A stretch of 64,000 bases of DNA from Balanoglossus misakiensis (Eukaryota; Animalia; Hemichordata): assembly GCA_040954595.2 (NCBI GenBank), contig CM082590.2, forward strand, positions 3,844,001-3,908,000, read 5' to 3'. The notes under the pieces are model-generated. The model was not told the origin of the DNA. It searched no databases and was given only the letters and a program-made list of their open reading frames with translations. The position numbers and the translations under genes are program-made. Positions 1-14,217 of this stretch are shown piece after piece (position 1 is the stretch's first letter; each line of letters opens with the position of its first letter).

Positions 1-1120
1 AAATTAGGAGATGTAAACACCCCTGCCATTTATTCAGTGCCATGGAATGCTGCCATTATGCACAGATTGACTCTAGCCACTTTCCCAGTGGGAGGAAAAA
101 GACTTTAACGGACAACAAGCGGGAAGTAACGAAAGTTACTGTTTTTGGCATTTCATTTTTATTTGCGAGATCGAGAAATTAAAATATGACAAGTTTAGAA
201 AATAATCAGATTACACAGTATGTCCCAGTTCGTATGGCGGCCATATTGGATTCTGAACTCTCTAGTAATATAAACATATAGTGTACTTGGCGAGTCTCAG
301 TATAGGGAAATCAACACAATCAGACAAAACTTGGGTTACCCATTGATATTCCTATCAAATTTCAAAGCAATCCCATATGCAGTTTCAGAAAAATCAGTAT
401 TTTCACCAAAATTGTACAATATCTTACTTAAATTGCTTCAGGGAACATGCCTACCAAAGCTCAAGGCAATCTGACATTCAGTTTGAAAGAAAATATTTTT
501 TGATGAAAAATTCCACAACTATCACACACAAAACGCAAATATGCAAATTTCAAGTATTTTTCTAAAACACCTCACTTAATTATTCCCAAGGAACAACCCT
601 GCCAAATTTGAAAGCAATCTGACAAGCAGTTTTAGATAAAACAATTTTTGACCAAAAAAGACAAAAAATTCTACAAAATTATAAATATGCACATTTTTCA
701 TCAACCAGGTTTTCATCAAATGGGACCATATATCCAAATGTATGCTTCAAAGCAACACGACTCTTGGAGAAAAAAATGCTTGTCACCCTGGTCAAAAATT
801 TGGTTTTACTAAAACATTAAATCGGTTATCTCTCAAAGCTAAAAGGGTTATCACCAAACAGATTACAATTTTCTTTACTTGTGGTGGTTTTGGTTTTCTC
901 GGTTTGCCCAATAAAAATTAGGATAATTGTTTAAGTATGCCAACGGTGAGGTGGAAATCTCACCAGAAAAGCGAAAATACGCCAACAACATGTAAACAGT
1001 AAAATGTTACGAAAAAACGAACAGAAAAGCGAAAATACATCAACCACGTTTAAACCGTAAAATTAAAAAAAAATGCAAACAATGGCCCTACGTGCGCTTA
1101 GGCAAGAGGCCTAGCAATTA
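1..1120. repeat. Degenerate HINE/pearl-like interspersed repeat remnant(s)
   Basis: Recurrent degenerate 'caaatttcaaagcaatc...agtttcagaaaaa' units resembling HINE internal repeats elsewhere in the window; ~59-bp duplication at ~963-1065; imperfect GGCC hairpin near 1084-1112. Boundaries uncertain. Confidence 0.4.
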
Positions 1121-2835
1121 AATTCTCACAGAGTATAACCCTATAAATATGACTAGACTTTCTAGATTATCACCTCAGGGTCAGCAGCGAAGCCATACAC
1201 AGAATGGCCGAGAGGCATGGCTAGCTGCACGCCCGTAGCTCGGATTTTTTTCTGGAATAAGACCTACTTCTGTTCAACTACAAGGTGTTGAACGGATAGC
1301 TGCAAATCACCTAATACCAGACAAAACAATCGAGCGACGGTAACGTAGCTATATAGGCTATGGTACTAAAAGCAATGACTGGATTATGAGCCTACCGAAA
1401 AGACGTCTTGATCCCGCGGCAGTAAGAAGGAAAGTGATTGAAACCCGACGTCACAAACCGGAAACGGGTCAATGATCACCTGTTGTTATGGAGAGTAGGA
1501 CTTGTTACCCAATCACAGACCAAAGTTAGCATTACGACACACTAATGAATATGCATACATGCTATAGCTGCATATTTTATTTCTTTAGAACGCACTGGAA
1601 CATGCTCGCATTCAAAGGAATATTCCATTTGTATATGCAAATAGCCAACCTATGTTCTCGAGTGTGAGTGCACCATTGTCTCAGGGGGGTGGCTCACGCC
1701 CCAAAGAACAGTGGGTAATTTTCTACCACAGCCGCGCATTTCAAACCAAGCAAGCAAACTGCTAACTTCCGTTGTCTGGGCAACATTTTGATGTGCGTTT
1801 AGTTTTGCACTTATTGGACTTTGATGAAACAGACCTATAATACTTCCTAATGTGGTTCTTTTTCTGGGTCATTTTATCAGTCCAACCACGATCCACGAGA
1901 TCGTAAACTGCTTGGATTAGGGCGCGTTAGGAAGCTGCAGCTGCGGCCGCAGGTCAAGTCGGTGTGTGTTGTATTTAACAAACATGGTGAATGTGTTCGG
2001 CACAGCAACATGCTCGCTCTACCCACAGCCACTGTACCGTACTGTCGATCGTTTCCATGTCTGTTTCACGCTCGCTCTTTATAATGCCCTTATCACGCCT
2101 CCCGTATTGTGTTCATGATATGACAGTCCCACTAATCTGACAACACGCTCGCTTTTATTATGTCAATTTGTCCCGTTCGCTAGCACTGCGTTCAGGCCTG
2201 CATTCACCATTAACAGACTATCCCATTCGCCAACTTTACTGAACTACAAAGTGAAGAACCAGTTTGCGTCTTGGCCGAAACAACCGGGGTCATGGAAATT
2301 AAAGGCCGAACCGAGAAGATTAAGTGCCATTCCCGAAGTAACGACCAACCAATGTTTACAGAGAAATCAGATGACATCAAATAGCGGAGTTCTTATCCTG
2401 TCGGGATGCGTTTACCTCGGAATCGGCGAAGTTTTTTTGTCGTCGAGTTTGATTTCATGGACGACGTCTAGTTATTTGATGATCCATAATTGATATTTTT
2501 TTGGGGGGGGGGGTCCTGGTGTCGATAATTCGAGGCAGAAGAAATGTAAATTGCCGTTTTTTCGCTCTGTTTCGTCGATTTTCACAACTTCAAAATAATT
2601 AAACTTTGCTCTGCATTGGCCTAGAGGTCTTAAATTTTACCCATCCAACAAAACGACAAAAACAAAAGTTTGTAGTCAATAAAGTGTTCCTGGAGCGAAT
2701 AAACATTGATTCAATGCAATTCAAGTCATCATGAATTTGATCCAATTTTCTAAACATCGACAGATCAAGAGGCCAACACTGTCCATGCACCAAATAGAAC
2801 AGCTGGTCGCGGAGATGTAATGTTTTGTTGTATAT

Positions 2836-3545
2836 TTAGGGGTTATTACACGAATTTTAGTCGATAACACGTCGTATTCGTGTGATCGATGTCCGTATTT
2901 TGACGAGTTGCAAAGCAACGAGTCAAAATACGAGTTGCAATACGAGGTGCAAAGCAACAAGTCAAAATACGGACATCACGAGAATGCGTCGCGTTATCGA
3001 CCAAAATTCGTGTAATAACCTCTTTATCATACATGCCTACCTATAAAACAGTACGATTTGCAGAAATGCGCCAAGAAAAACAATTTCAAATTTGAACCGG
3101 GCGCTGGGATCACGGCAGTAGCCATGTTGTGACGTATGACGTGTGGGCCGTAGTATCATTTTAAGGGGGTTGGCAGCTTTCACTACGATGGGCACATCCG
3201 CATTCGAAATAAAATTGTCTACGTTCTCTTTCAAAATATCATGTTAACAATTATTTTGCATTGAGAATTTCGAAGAAGTAAAAATGATACATTCAACATG
3301 GCAAAACAGCCAGCTTTGAAAACATTATTACAGCTTCTAATAACCGAATTTTACAACACCGCTCTCCACTAGCGTCCTATGCCCCGTACGTCGCTCGCAC
3401 GCGCAGCAAACTGTCGCGCCGAGCGTTCTCAAAAATAGTTCGAGACGCGGAGTGAAGATATACTGCACTCAGTGTAATACCGTAAAATATCTTCGGGGCT
3501 AGAACAATAGAAAGTGTCAAATATGGGTGTTGCATGTATGATAAA
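2836..3545. mobile_element. Hairpin-ended non-autonomous element (Crypton-like architecture), copy A
   Basis: Long imperfect palindrome ggttattacacgaatttt...aaaattcgtgtaataacc (~2840-3021), then tttatcatacatg whose reverse complement catgtatgataaa closes the element at ~3533-3545; related copy at 28771. The superfamily call is inference. Confidence 0.6.
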
Positions 3546-3559
3546 ACAAAATATCCTAC

Positions 3560-4410
3560 AAAATATAAAAGTTCTGAATTACCTCTAATTTGATTCCATT
3601 ATAATTCTAAAGAAGCCAATCCTATTAACTTAAATTTTAAAGTAATCAGCCTTACACTTTCTGGGAAATGTAATTTATCAAAATTGGAAAATATGCCCCC
3701 AAAATACAAGATATTACCCACACAAAAGATTGACACTTTCATCATAGGTTTTGTAAATCATCATGACAACTCACCCAGGAACCTTTAAATCAAATTTGAA
3801 AGCAATGGAGTAGAGGGTTCTGAGAATGAGTTTTGACCAAAAATGGCTAAAATCACCCCAAAAATATACTATTGAATTCTTCAAGTTGATTTGAAAAACA
3901 TGCATGCAAATTTCCAAAGCGATATTACGAGCAGTTTTACAGGAAAAAAAATTATCAAAAATGTAAAAATTGCTCCGAAATTATAATTATGCAAATTTTG
4001 CAGCAATTTAAACAAAACTTTAGTAACTCAGATCACCTATATGAAGCTCCATACTAAATTTCAAAGCGGTGGGCTGATTAATTCCAGAAAGTAGTTTTTA
4101 TTACTAAATATCTGGAAAAAGACAAAATATGCATAAAAAATGGAAAATTCACAGTATTAGCTCAAAACATACAGAATCATTATGATCAGGGGTTGTTGAT
4201 TTTCTGAGTTTTGACCAAATTTAGGTTTTTCCCAGATAATTTACATATTTTGGGCAATGACAACTTTGTTTGAACAAACTCCCATCTACAGCCCGGTATG
4301 CATCTACACACCAAATATCGAGGTTATATGTGTTGTGGTTTTCAAGTTTTTGATGTGGACGGACATACACCCATACATCCATACAGATGCAACCAATCTC
4401 ATAAGGTCGC
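3560..4410 (+). mobile_element. Degenerate Helentron-associated (HINE/DINE-1-like) element
   Basis: Degenerate internal repeats ending in 'agtttttgatgtggacggacatac...catccatacagatgcaac...aaggtc', nearly identical to the reverse complement of 17785-17880. Confidence 0.55.
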
Positions 4411-4715
4411 AATCAAACAGAACATACTGTTCATCACAATTGTCTTCTGATTGGAATCTGCGCTGGAAAAAGCAACAACAAATACTGATCCTCACCTAAA
4501 ATCAAAGAGACAGACAAAAGCACTTATTTTGTCAGAATATTTATTTTATGTATGCAAAAATCCTAACATGACATTTCTGTCTACTTGTTTATGATGATGG
4601 GAAAATTGTTAGAATAAAAATTTCAAAGATATTTCTTCTTAATGCTGCATATAATATCTACATACTCTAGCAGTCTTGAAAGTACAATGAAATGTTTGTC
4701 AAAAGCTCTTCTTAA

Positions 4716-5426
4716 GGTGGCATTGCATGAAAACTTGTGATTTTTGCCAAATTTTACTTTTTTACATAAATCGGTAGGCCTAATACTGACCCACATCCTG
4801 ACTAATACGCCTTGGCGGAAATGGTGCATAATCACCCCAAAATAGCACTTTTCTGAATGAGTTCACAGCTTAACAAATAGGTGTCAACAATGCAAATGGC
4901 CGTTTTTCTCAGTTTGCATTTTTGCTGCTCTTGACAACTTCAGACGAAAATAGCTTCGCTCTGGGTTGGCCGAATTTGCTCAAATTTTAACTGGGGATTG
5001 TGTATGACCCATCCAACAAAACGGTATTTTTGTTAGTCGATAAAGTGTCCCAATACAATTCACCGTGAATTTGATCAAATTTTACTAAAAATCTAAGTTT
5101 CAAACGCTGTTACTCCTCAATGGAAGCAGATAACGCAAAACAAAATTACCGTTTTTTACACTTGTACTCTAGTTTAGAATGACATATTAAGATGCATGAT
5201 GCATGGTCAACTTTTTTACCTAATTTAAATTTAATGACATAATATCAAAAAATGTTTTTTTTCACCCAAAATCGCCACCATTTCCGGGGATCAATAATAT
5301 TTGCAACTCAAACAAAAGTTCAAAAACTCAGCTTCCAGAATATATATGGTTTATGGGGGTTTTAACGTTGTCTTTGAAGAGAAATAGGCCTCTGAAAAAG
5401 TCTCGACGGTTTCATGCAATGCCACC
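4716..5426. mobile_element. Kolobok-type non-autonomous DNA transposon
   Basis: TIRs GGTGGCATTGCATGAAA / TTTCATGCAATGCCACC flanked by TTAA on both sides (4712-4715, 5427-5430); internal part resembles 2550-2740. Confidence 0.8.
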
Positions 5427-5835
5427 TTAAGGACTGCATAACATACAGAACTCTCAGTACAAAAAAGCAATATGTGGAAAATACCAACTTAGCATCTTAT
5501 GCAATATGAAGGATATGGAGGAATGGCTTCCCCTTCAGCACTATACATGATTCTACAGCCTCATGGGGTCATTATTCACACACACATAAAATGAATGGCT
5601 GATTACATGAAATATTTTCGAAAGTTGTCACGGAAGGCTCTTGTTTTTGTTAACATAAAAATGATAGGAAATTCAAGAAACGTAGAAAGCAATGACATGT
5701 GAATATTGATATTAAAAATGTGATTTTAATAGTACGGCAACTATGGTCACTTCCATATAACAGACTATATTTCTTAATGTGCATGTAATAGTTTGGTTCT
5801 AACATGCTTGTCACGCCGTTCACCAAACACAAAAC

Positions 5836-6041
5836 ACACCAAAGTGGTTTATATGTTTCACAAGACATATGTCTATAACAGGGACATCATCAGTTCATAC
5901 GCATGGCCAGTCTGGCTACAGAGGTGAACTGACTAAGTACACCAAAGTGGTTTATATGTTTCACAAGACATATGCCTATAACAGGGACATCATCAGTTCA
6001 TACGTATGGCCAGTCTGGCTACAGAGGTGAACTGACTAAGT
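5836..6041. repeat. Direct tandem duplication, 2 x 103 bp
   Basis: acaccaaagtggtttatatg...gaactgactaagt occurs at 5836 and 5939 with only a couple of substitutions. Confidence 0.9.
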
Positions 6042-7644
6042 ATATGCATGGGATTCTTTTATAACCTGTTGGTCACGTGACCAGTTTATATATTTTCTGC
6101 TATTTCCCCAAGGGATTCATAGTCGATTCTATTTTCTTATCACGTGACGGATTCTGGCGATTCATGACACAGTGTTAGCATGATGTATGTTATAAATACA
6201 GATATTACATACATACCGGTATTCAAATGAACTAATGGTTCGGTCGAAATCCATTGTTTCTGTTGGAAAAGTTGGATGTCTACACAGGGAACTTGGGGTG
6301 AAAGGTGAGAGTGCTAAGAAAAAAGGCTGATGGTGATTTTCCATTTTTATCTAACCTGTATACATGTGTGTGCTTAATCTTTCCCAATAATGCTGACACA
6401 CAACAAGTTAATTGTTTTACAAAACTCTCCTTGAGAGTCAAATGAAGGCACCTGATATAAGCCCAAAGACTTCATTCTTTTCCACACACCACTTTTCTCT
6501 TTTCAAAGAGCTCCATTTCAAATTGTGTACACAAACAATGTCATTGTCACTGCCCAAGCCCAAACTTTCAAATTACAATGTGACATTTCAAACACTGTTA
6601 GACTCCACAATGAAACATTAACTCTGGATCGGTATCCCTTCAAATAAGTGACAGCCCCGGGGTTACATTGTTGTTAATTTTGTTATAATGGTGATATTTA
6701 ATTGTTTGGCCTTAACAAAAATTATGACATGGACGTATAAATGTGTTATGTCCACACATATGCTGTGAGTTCAGCTTCAATCCAATTTCATAACAAATTA
6801 TTCAACAACAAAAATAGAAAATGAACATCAAGAGCTAGTGACTTTGTGGCTTTCACAAGATAAATATACATTGCCCCATGCTAGAGTGTAATATTAACAC
6901 GTCTTATACAATCTACAAATCTCTGTATATAACCAAACACATTCATTATAGCTGCATTAGTTGGTTCACAGGTAATCTGTAACCAGATAGGCTGACCTGA
7001 GCAATCCATGTTTTTGCAAGTGTTGTATTGTCACTGTTAAAGCGAAACTTCTTTGGTATAACGCTCCAATGAACACAAGAGTATCAAAATTGGACAGATA
7101 AATGACCAATAACACAAAGTCTGTGATTGGGTAATACAAATGATAAGTACACAACTGGAAGTTCTGTCACTCATAGTTCTGTCTATTGCTCTCCTCCCAG
7201 GGGGAGCGATAGAGAACAACTTTAGAGATACGTTCTCCAATTTAATGATCAGGCATTAATGAAATATTAGTCTAGTATATAGCTGTATTTTGTCTGATTT
7301 GCTTCCAGAAACTATGCATGTCACTGGCCCAATAGGGCCTGATACCCCTTGCTGAGAATTGTGATGTAACTAGTGTCCCTTTGAAGTCAATCACAGACTT
7401 TGTTTTTCCAATGATTGGTCAAAGGATACATATGTGTGATTAAGGATGGTTACCATTTTGAATTTAAATTAGCCTTGCCTTCACTATAATCTTACAAGCA
7501 ATCACCACTGATCAGTTTATGTGAGTGATTTCAAGGGAGATGCTAGTAACATTACAATTCTAGCAAGGGCTATCAGGCTTTATTGGGCCAGTGACATGCA
7601 TGACTCTAGATGCTCGTTTTGGAAGCAGACAAAATGGCTATATA

Positions 7645-7849
7645 CTGTAAAACATAAAATTTTCACAACAGGAAATTTTCATAATATCAAAAGTGGCAAC
7701 TGTTATGCAACGATTAATTTTCGCATTCTCGAATTTCAATTCATCATTATTTCCGAAAAACATTTTTATGCGACTTTTTAGTTTTCAGGTGTTTTGGCTC
7801 TTGCATGATTCGTGCAAATGTATTGCTTGTGAAATTTCCCATTTTACAG
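7645..7849. mobile_element. Tc1/mariner(pogo)-like MITE
   Basis: TA|CTGTAAAA...TTTTACAG|TA termini; related copy at 25773-25962. Confidence 0.6.
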
Positions 7850-8354
7850 TACATCCTAAGTATCTTTTTTCACATCAGAAGACAATGCATAGTTGCTTTG
7901 TGTATGGCAGACTTTGTATTACGATAGACACTGACAACCAGTTACATCTGTCTAGCATACAAATATGGTTATATTGAAATAGGGCATTGTGATGGAAACA
8001 AATTAAATCTAATGCAAGAATTAGTACAGAACAAGTCTTTTATGTTACTACACTGGAATAACCATTCTGTGTTATTTGATCTGTTTAAAATTAAGTTTTT
8101 ATGAACAATAAACTAAACACTGAAGAATGAGGTAATAGCTTTGGAATGGATGCGTCTGTATACAGTAAATGAGAGTGATAAATATTCCAAATCCCCAACA
8201 CTTTACTGTCTGGAATATTTGAAAATTCCAGCATACCTTGAGAAATGTTTGACATTTCTTTGGGCATCTAGGTTTCATTTAGTATATAGAAGTTAAAATG
8301 GTAATGAAGGCATGAACAGTCTCCTGTTTATTATAGTCAGTTTCCTGTATGAGT

Positions 8355-8623
8355 TTATTGATTCAGAATATCAAAAAGACTCATGTCATCAGCCAGCAGA
8401 CTACTACATGATTGTTGCTGTGTTTGTTGCATGCTGGGTGCCAAGTCCATCTGAGGTACCTGTGGTCGCGGCCTTGGCTGTTGTTCTAGTTACAGCTGTT
8501 GTTGTTGTTGTTATAACTGCTGTTGTTGTTGTTGTTGTTGTTGTTGTTGGCATGTTTGTTTTATTGCTGCTGGTTGTTGTTTTGGTGGTGGCATGGTTGC
8601 TTGTGTTCTGGTTGTTGTTGCTG
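8355..8623 (-). pseudogene. MED25: MED25-like terminal exon (poly-Gln tract + acidic/hydrophobic C-terminus), disabled
   Basis: Acceptor ttttgtttgcattcaactgcag; the Q frame reads ...QQQQL*QQQQQL*LEQQPRPRPQVPQMDLAPSMQQTQQQSCSSLLADDMSLFDILNQ*, resembling the MED25 C-terminus (human ...MEDDILMDLI*). Two CAA>TAA-type stops and a frameshift near the start. Confidence 0.6.
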
Positions 8624-10005
8624 CTGCAGTTGAATGCAAACAAAACGGTTTTCTTTAAAAGTCACTTCACAGAGGGTGGCAATGTATCATGAGACTGCTC
8701 TCTTTAACATTGTTCACATTTGTCAATCAGACTGAAATTTAGGGCAGCATATAGTAACTATGGCAAATAGATTTAGGCTGTGTATAAAATTTGATGGTTA
8801 GTTTCAGGACCCCCATTGACCTAATTAATTATGTACATGCCTAATTCTACACTAACCAATCGATCTTTAGATTTTGTAGGACATAAATCAGTTTAGGATC
8901 AACACTTTTTGACAACATTTTGGGTATCCACAGCAGATAATCCTTGGCATTTAGTAGGAATCCTGGGAATTGCTTGGGCCCAGTGAACACTGCTTGCAGC
9001 TTTAATTCACCATGTACTCAGATGCAGACATTTTGAAAAGAATATGATTTGAATTCTAAGCAGAGTTTTGTTAAAGGGTATTGATCGTCTAACGCACACT
9101 TGCCAAAGCAGAGACTCAAGTTACAAATTGTTTATCTATGCCACAAGTGCTGTCTTAACAACAGACAAGGTGGCGGCAACCATAGTCTGTGTCATAGATT
9201 AGGAAAAGACAGCAAATTGAGTGAAAAGAAGAGACAAAACTAAATTCTTCTTATATGGCGTGCAAGAAATATAGAAGGAGGCGAAGGCAGTCCACTATTT
9301 GAATGCACGCACATAAAATTTGCAGAATATTTTGATTGGACGTCATTTTGTACACACAAAATTAACGCATATGTACATAAGAGTAAGATGATTGTCGTCA
9401 TTTAAAACTGTCTGCCAGAGGTTATCATCAGTGCTTCCACACTGGTACCATGGAAAAAGTAGAAGAATTGAAAATAAGAATGAGACAAGATTTGTTGTAT
9501 TTCGTTGTCTGTAATTTAGGTCTGCTTTCATTCCAGCTTTTGCCTGTGGCACACTAAAACTGAACAGGTTGGACCAGTCACACCTCCCTTAATCCTATTG
9601 TTCCCAATGTTTATCTTGTCAATATATCTATGACATGCTTAGGTAGGTGACTTGGACAATAATTCTGACACAAAACTGATCATGAGTGTGGACTGATTGC
9701 ATAAAAAAATTTCGAAAGTACTTCCTTGAGGCAAATCAGCCATACCCACCACGTCTAAATCTGTGTGGGGAAAAGTTGTCATGTTGGGCAAATAGTGCAT
9801 TGATTTTTTTCTGTGTGACTTTCAGGTCTTCAATACATTAAAGTAATTTTGGGAATGGCACAGACCATGTTATTTGTACCATCAAGAAAGCTCCTTTTTG
9901 AGAAAAATGATTTTATTTTTCCCCACATAACAATTCCCAGAAATGACACGGGTATCAGTCTTGGTTTTCAAAATATTCACTGTACACATTATTATGACAA
10001 CTTAC

Positions 10006-10249
10006 TTGCAAGTGGTGTCTTAGTTGTTGATTTGTTGATTGTATATTGGATGGCTGTGCTTGCACTGCTTGTTGTTGTTGTTGTTGGGCTCTCTGTTGTT
10101 GTAACCTTTGGAATTGCTGTTGTTGTAGATGTTGTTGTCGTAGTGCTATGAGCTGACTTTGTCTTGCATGTTGATCTTGCTGTTGTTTCAATTCAAGTTC
10201 TTTTTTTCTGTGCCATCTCTAGATTCTTCTGCAGTGCTTGAATATTCCT
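10006..10249 (-). pseudogene. MED25: MED25-like Q-rich exon, frameshifted
   Basis: AG/GTAAGT bounded, 244 bp; RNIQALQKNLEMAQKK/ELELKQQQDQHARQSQLIALRQQHLQQQQFQRLQQQRAQQQQQQAVQAQPSNIQSTNQQLRHHLQ with a +1 slip in the A7 run (10201-10207). Resembles invertebrate MED25 'IQQLQQTLEAAQQKE' and the LRxLL-like NR-box region. Confidence 0.6.
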
Positions 10250-11366
10250 CTAAAAGATCAAACAAAGAAATGTGAAAACAGTCAAACATTGTCATCTGTG
10301 TCAATCTACCTACAGGTAACATGACTACAGGAGCTTCAGCCAATCCAAGCTTTTCACTTGGGAGATGATTGAAATCAATTTAAAACTCAATAACTCCAAC
10401 TTCAGGTTATTTTCTCAATACTTTTCTTTTGGTGGTCACCTTTCATTGAACAATGAATGGGCAAGTGCTCACCCACTTCTTCAGTGAATTTCACTGTTTG
10501 TTTATCTTATCATAAAAACTTTGGCACCGCAGTCCTTTGAAAAAAATTATTCATTTGTGGTGATTTAAAATCAATGTTGCAAGAAGCAGAATTAATCACA
10601 GGATTAACGGTTTCTGATTGAAAAATACTAAATGCTTAATATGCCCTATGTCGCACACTGAGTGATCACATTAGTCAATTGGACAGCTGTTCCAAAGGAC
10701 TAAAATGATTGCAACGTTTTAATATTATATTTATTTTACAAAAACCTTGCATCTGAGCTTTACTTTAAAATACTTCCATTTACTAGTAGTACAAGTACAC
10801 ATCAGTTAACATTGACAGCTAGGCATGATGTCATAGATGTAGGACTTCAAAATGGACATCCTGAACAGTGGGGGCGCTCTATCATAGTGGGTTTTAATGA
10901 ACATGTGTATTTAATTTCATGAATCAGATATATCGATGAAAATTGTGTATTTTAACATACGCTTATAGTTAATGCATTTGCAGTATCCAGTCATATTACA
11001 GTAATACACCAGACATGTTCTTAACTCAACTCAATGTGTGTAAGTTCAATTTCTGACCATACTCAGATTACCCAAGTCCCTGTGACCAACTATACTGCAA
11101 GTATAGAGACTTCAACTCCAGAAAACTAGTCACCTTCAATACTTGAAATGGAGCCACATCCAAATCTTGACTTTGAGATCTTTTATCAAATCAGTTTTCC
11201 TTTTAGAATTAGAACTCCCATGCAATTTTTGTGACAGAAGAAATAAAGAGATTCCCAGAAAAAAAAAACAGTTTCCTCTTTAAAGATCCAACCTTACCAT
11301 AGCAAATAAAGGGTTTAGACTGAACCATAGTGGTGAAAGGGTTAAGCCAGAGCATGTATTAAAATA

Positions 11367-11536
11367 CAGTAAAACCTGTCTCAACCGAACCCTGTCTAAT
11401 CTGGAAACCTGTCTATTTCTAAGACATTGTTCAAACCTTTTGACATAGAACCACATGTTGAAAGAACCTCTTTAAATTGGACACCTGCAATCTGAACAAT
11501 TTCTTCAGTCCCTTTGGTGTTAGACGGGTTTGACTG
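11367..11536. mobile_element. Tc1/mariner-like MITE
   Basis: TA|CAGTAAAACCTGTCT...AGACGGGTTTGACTG|TA; family remnants also near 12170, 24526-24858 and 27830-28235. Confidence 0.65.
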
Positions 11537-12310
11537 TACTTGAAAGTGCAATTGAACAAAAATGCTAAAAAATATAATTGCAGAGAGTCAGTATTTTAGG
11601 CTGGGCATCATCTACATAGTTCCCAGAGTCAATACTGTCACAGTAATCCATTTCTCTATGTACCAAATTTTTTATAAAACATTGCTATGCAGTCATGTTA
11701 CCCTTCCAAGATGCAAACATGAGGCCAGTTGGTCACAAAATAAAAACTTGATTGTCTTGTGTATCAACACTATAGTTGGGACTTATGTTCGACAGCCACA
11801 TTTTATTGTAAGGTCAGTTTTACACGCAACTTGTATCATGTATACAGCAAACTAGATGAGCTTGAGCAGTACTCTACTGACCACCTTTTTCACATTGTCT
11901 GCATTGAGATGACACTTTATTTTGGAAGGCTGCCCTCTTTATGAAAAATGTCATGATTGTGTTACACGTAAAACATACAGAAATCAACACAAGTGTCTAC
12001 TGTGGCTAGTGAAGGGACTTTTCTAAACTGGCCTTTATAGATAAGTGGCCATTATACCTTGTAGAAAAGTCAATTAATGTAGATGTAAATTGCACAGGGA
12101 CTAGAATAAAGTGGCCACTATATAGAGGTGGCTGCCTAATAGAGGTGGCCACTCACACAGGTTTGACTGTATGTTGATTTGTGTCATTAATAGCAGACAT
12201 TTACCAATGACTGATAGTACAATGTATGATTTCAGTGTCAAATATACATGTATAAGACACTAAGTACAAACAGATACATCTTACTTTCTCTCCAAATTGT
12301 AGATACTCAC

Positions 12311-12422
12311 AAACGCATGTATGTTGAATCCTGGTCTGCAACCACACTCTGGTAACTGGTTGGTGTGTTGTGACATACTTGTTGGCATGGTGACCAACCA
12401 GCTTGATCGCACTCATTGTCAT
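12311..12422 (-). pseudogene. Calcium-binding EGF-like exon 4, frameshifted
   Basis: cag|ATGAC...TTT|gtgagt; DDNECDQAGWSPCQQVCHNTPTSY, then shifted frame ECGCRPGFNIHAF; 112 bp, not a multiple of 3. Confidence 0.8.
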
Positions 12423-14097
12423 CTGCGGGGAAAACACAAATATCATAAAATGTGTTAGAATGAATACATGTGAAATACAGTTTTCTTTGAGTGCACATTT
12501 GAAAATATACGACAAGAGAGCAAAATTGTTTGAAACTTAATAAATATCATCTGGCATATAACTTGGTCATATCATATGTTTATCTGTACCAGTACTGAAT
12601 ACTGATAAACAAACAATGTAGTAACCAAATAACATTTAACAAGGTAGTGTTTGAAAGCCCAAAATATCATGCATGAGACAACAAACTCTTTTTGGCTCCG
12701 AAGTGTAAACAGAGGAGTCTGTCAAGTTGGGTATGAGCTACTACTTCCGTCTGTCAAGAATTCGTACCATTTTCTAGTAGGGGGTGTAGCTTTATTTTTT
12801 GGCGGTGGTGTGTAGCTTTGAGGTGTTGAGGAAGAATTGGAACAGTGACATAAATCGGAACGGATTAGCCACTGCAGTATTTTCGCTACCTGCTCGCCAA
12901 ATCGCAAATGCGAGAAAAAAGTTGTGTTTGGCGAGACGATTTTCATACAAATTAGTCAAACTTGTGGAGCACTGCTATCTAACATCGTCGTTTGTTTTGC
13001 CATGATCAACTTGCCATGATCAGTGCACTACAACACGTGAAATTGGACCGCTGTTCTGTTCATTGACCATCACCCCCTGTATGATGAACATTGTAAGGCA
13101 ATCCATTGACTTCAGCTCTTCCACCTAGTGGCCGCACTCGCTTGATTTCCTGTGTGTGTCTCTGGGGACACAAATAATGCATATGCGTCTTTTTCTAATT
13201 TGCATATTTTGAATGGGTTAGGTGTGCCTTGACTTGAATGCGTCAAGCGTACAGGTTGTTATGGAAGTTTCTTTTTAGAACCACTAGTGTTAGTCTGTGG
13301 GCCCAACCAGCAATGCCATTATGTTGTATAGGAGTTTTGTTCTACATGAAATTAGCTGGAAATGACGGGTGGGAAATTATTGATGTGAAATAAGGTCACT
13401 TCTACCGAAAATGATGGACCAGAGAGCAATGACTACTTTTATTTATTTCATATACCATGTTCACATCTGCTATGCTTCCATAAACTGGGGAAACTAAATG
13501 ATTGAACTTTCTGTTTGAACAACAATTCATGTATTTTTTTGCTACCACCTACACTACTATAGTCAGCACATGACAGTATATGCTTGAAAATGGAGAACTT
13601 TTTATCAAAACACTTCCATCAGTATAACATAAGATACAAAATCTGAGAGGGAAATGACAATATATTTGTGTGAGGCCATTTGTGAGTGCAGGCCATTTTA
13701 AGACTAAATTTAAAACAGTTATTAGAGCCCTTGACAAGTGGTTTTTCCCCCTGCCAAGCACCCACCTTATCAGGCTGCATTCAATATTACATGAGCAAAA
13801 CAGTTCAGCATTTCACCTTGGTGTTTGCAAATTGTTCCTTTCAGCCATATACCAAACCACTGTTCTCCAAACATTCAGCTCGTCATCCACTACACACTGA
13901 GAGAGCACAAGTGTCCTTGACGCTATTTTTTTTAATTTCTAACTATGGAAAGTGCCTGATAACTTTTAATCATTTTATTTTTTAACATGGTGACTGACTG
14001 TAATCTCTGCAACTTACAACTTCTGTAAGCGCCCTTTTGAAGCAGGAAATGCGAATCCATTGTTGACCTATCCCCTCCCCACTCAAAAAAAACTTAC

Positions 14098-14217
14098 CTA
14101 AACAATTGACATGATCTGCACTCAGAGAGAAACCATCATCACCACAACTACAGCTGAATCCACCCTCTGCATTGAGACAACCTCCAGCACAAACAGAATA
14201 TGAACACCCATTCACAT
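14098..14217 (-). pseudogene. Calcium-binding EGF-like exon 3 (open, 120 bp, phase 1-1)
   Basis: cag|ATGTGAAT...TAG|gtaagt; DVNGCSYSVCAGGCLNAEGGFSCSCGDDGFSLSADHVNCL with six Cys. Confidence 0.85.

Noticed and set aside
1200-2520. CpG-richer region with CRE/ETS/CCAAT-like motifs as a host promoter
   Set aside because: No linked exon could be identified, it sits among repeat fragments, and short motifs alone are insufficient.
8312-8692. Thr-rich mucin-like ORF (minus) and Val-rich membrane-like ORF (plus)
   Set aside because: Alternative frames of a CAA repeat. The Gln frame gives the MED25-like C-terminus, and I could not build an open EGF-mucin splice path because the upstream exon has stops in the required frames.
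9849-10151. Plus-strand hydrophobic Val-rich ORF
   Set aside because: Antisense shadow of the poly-Gln exon.
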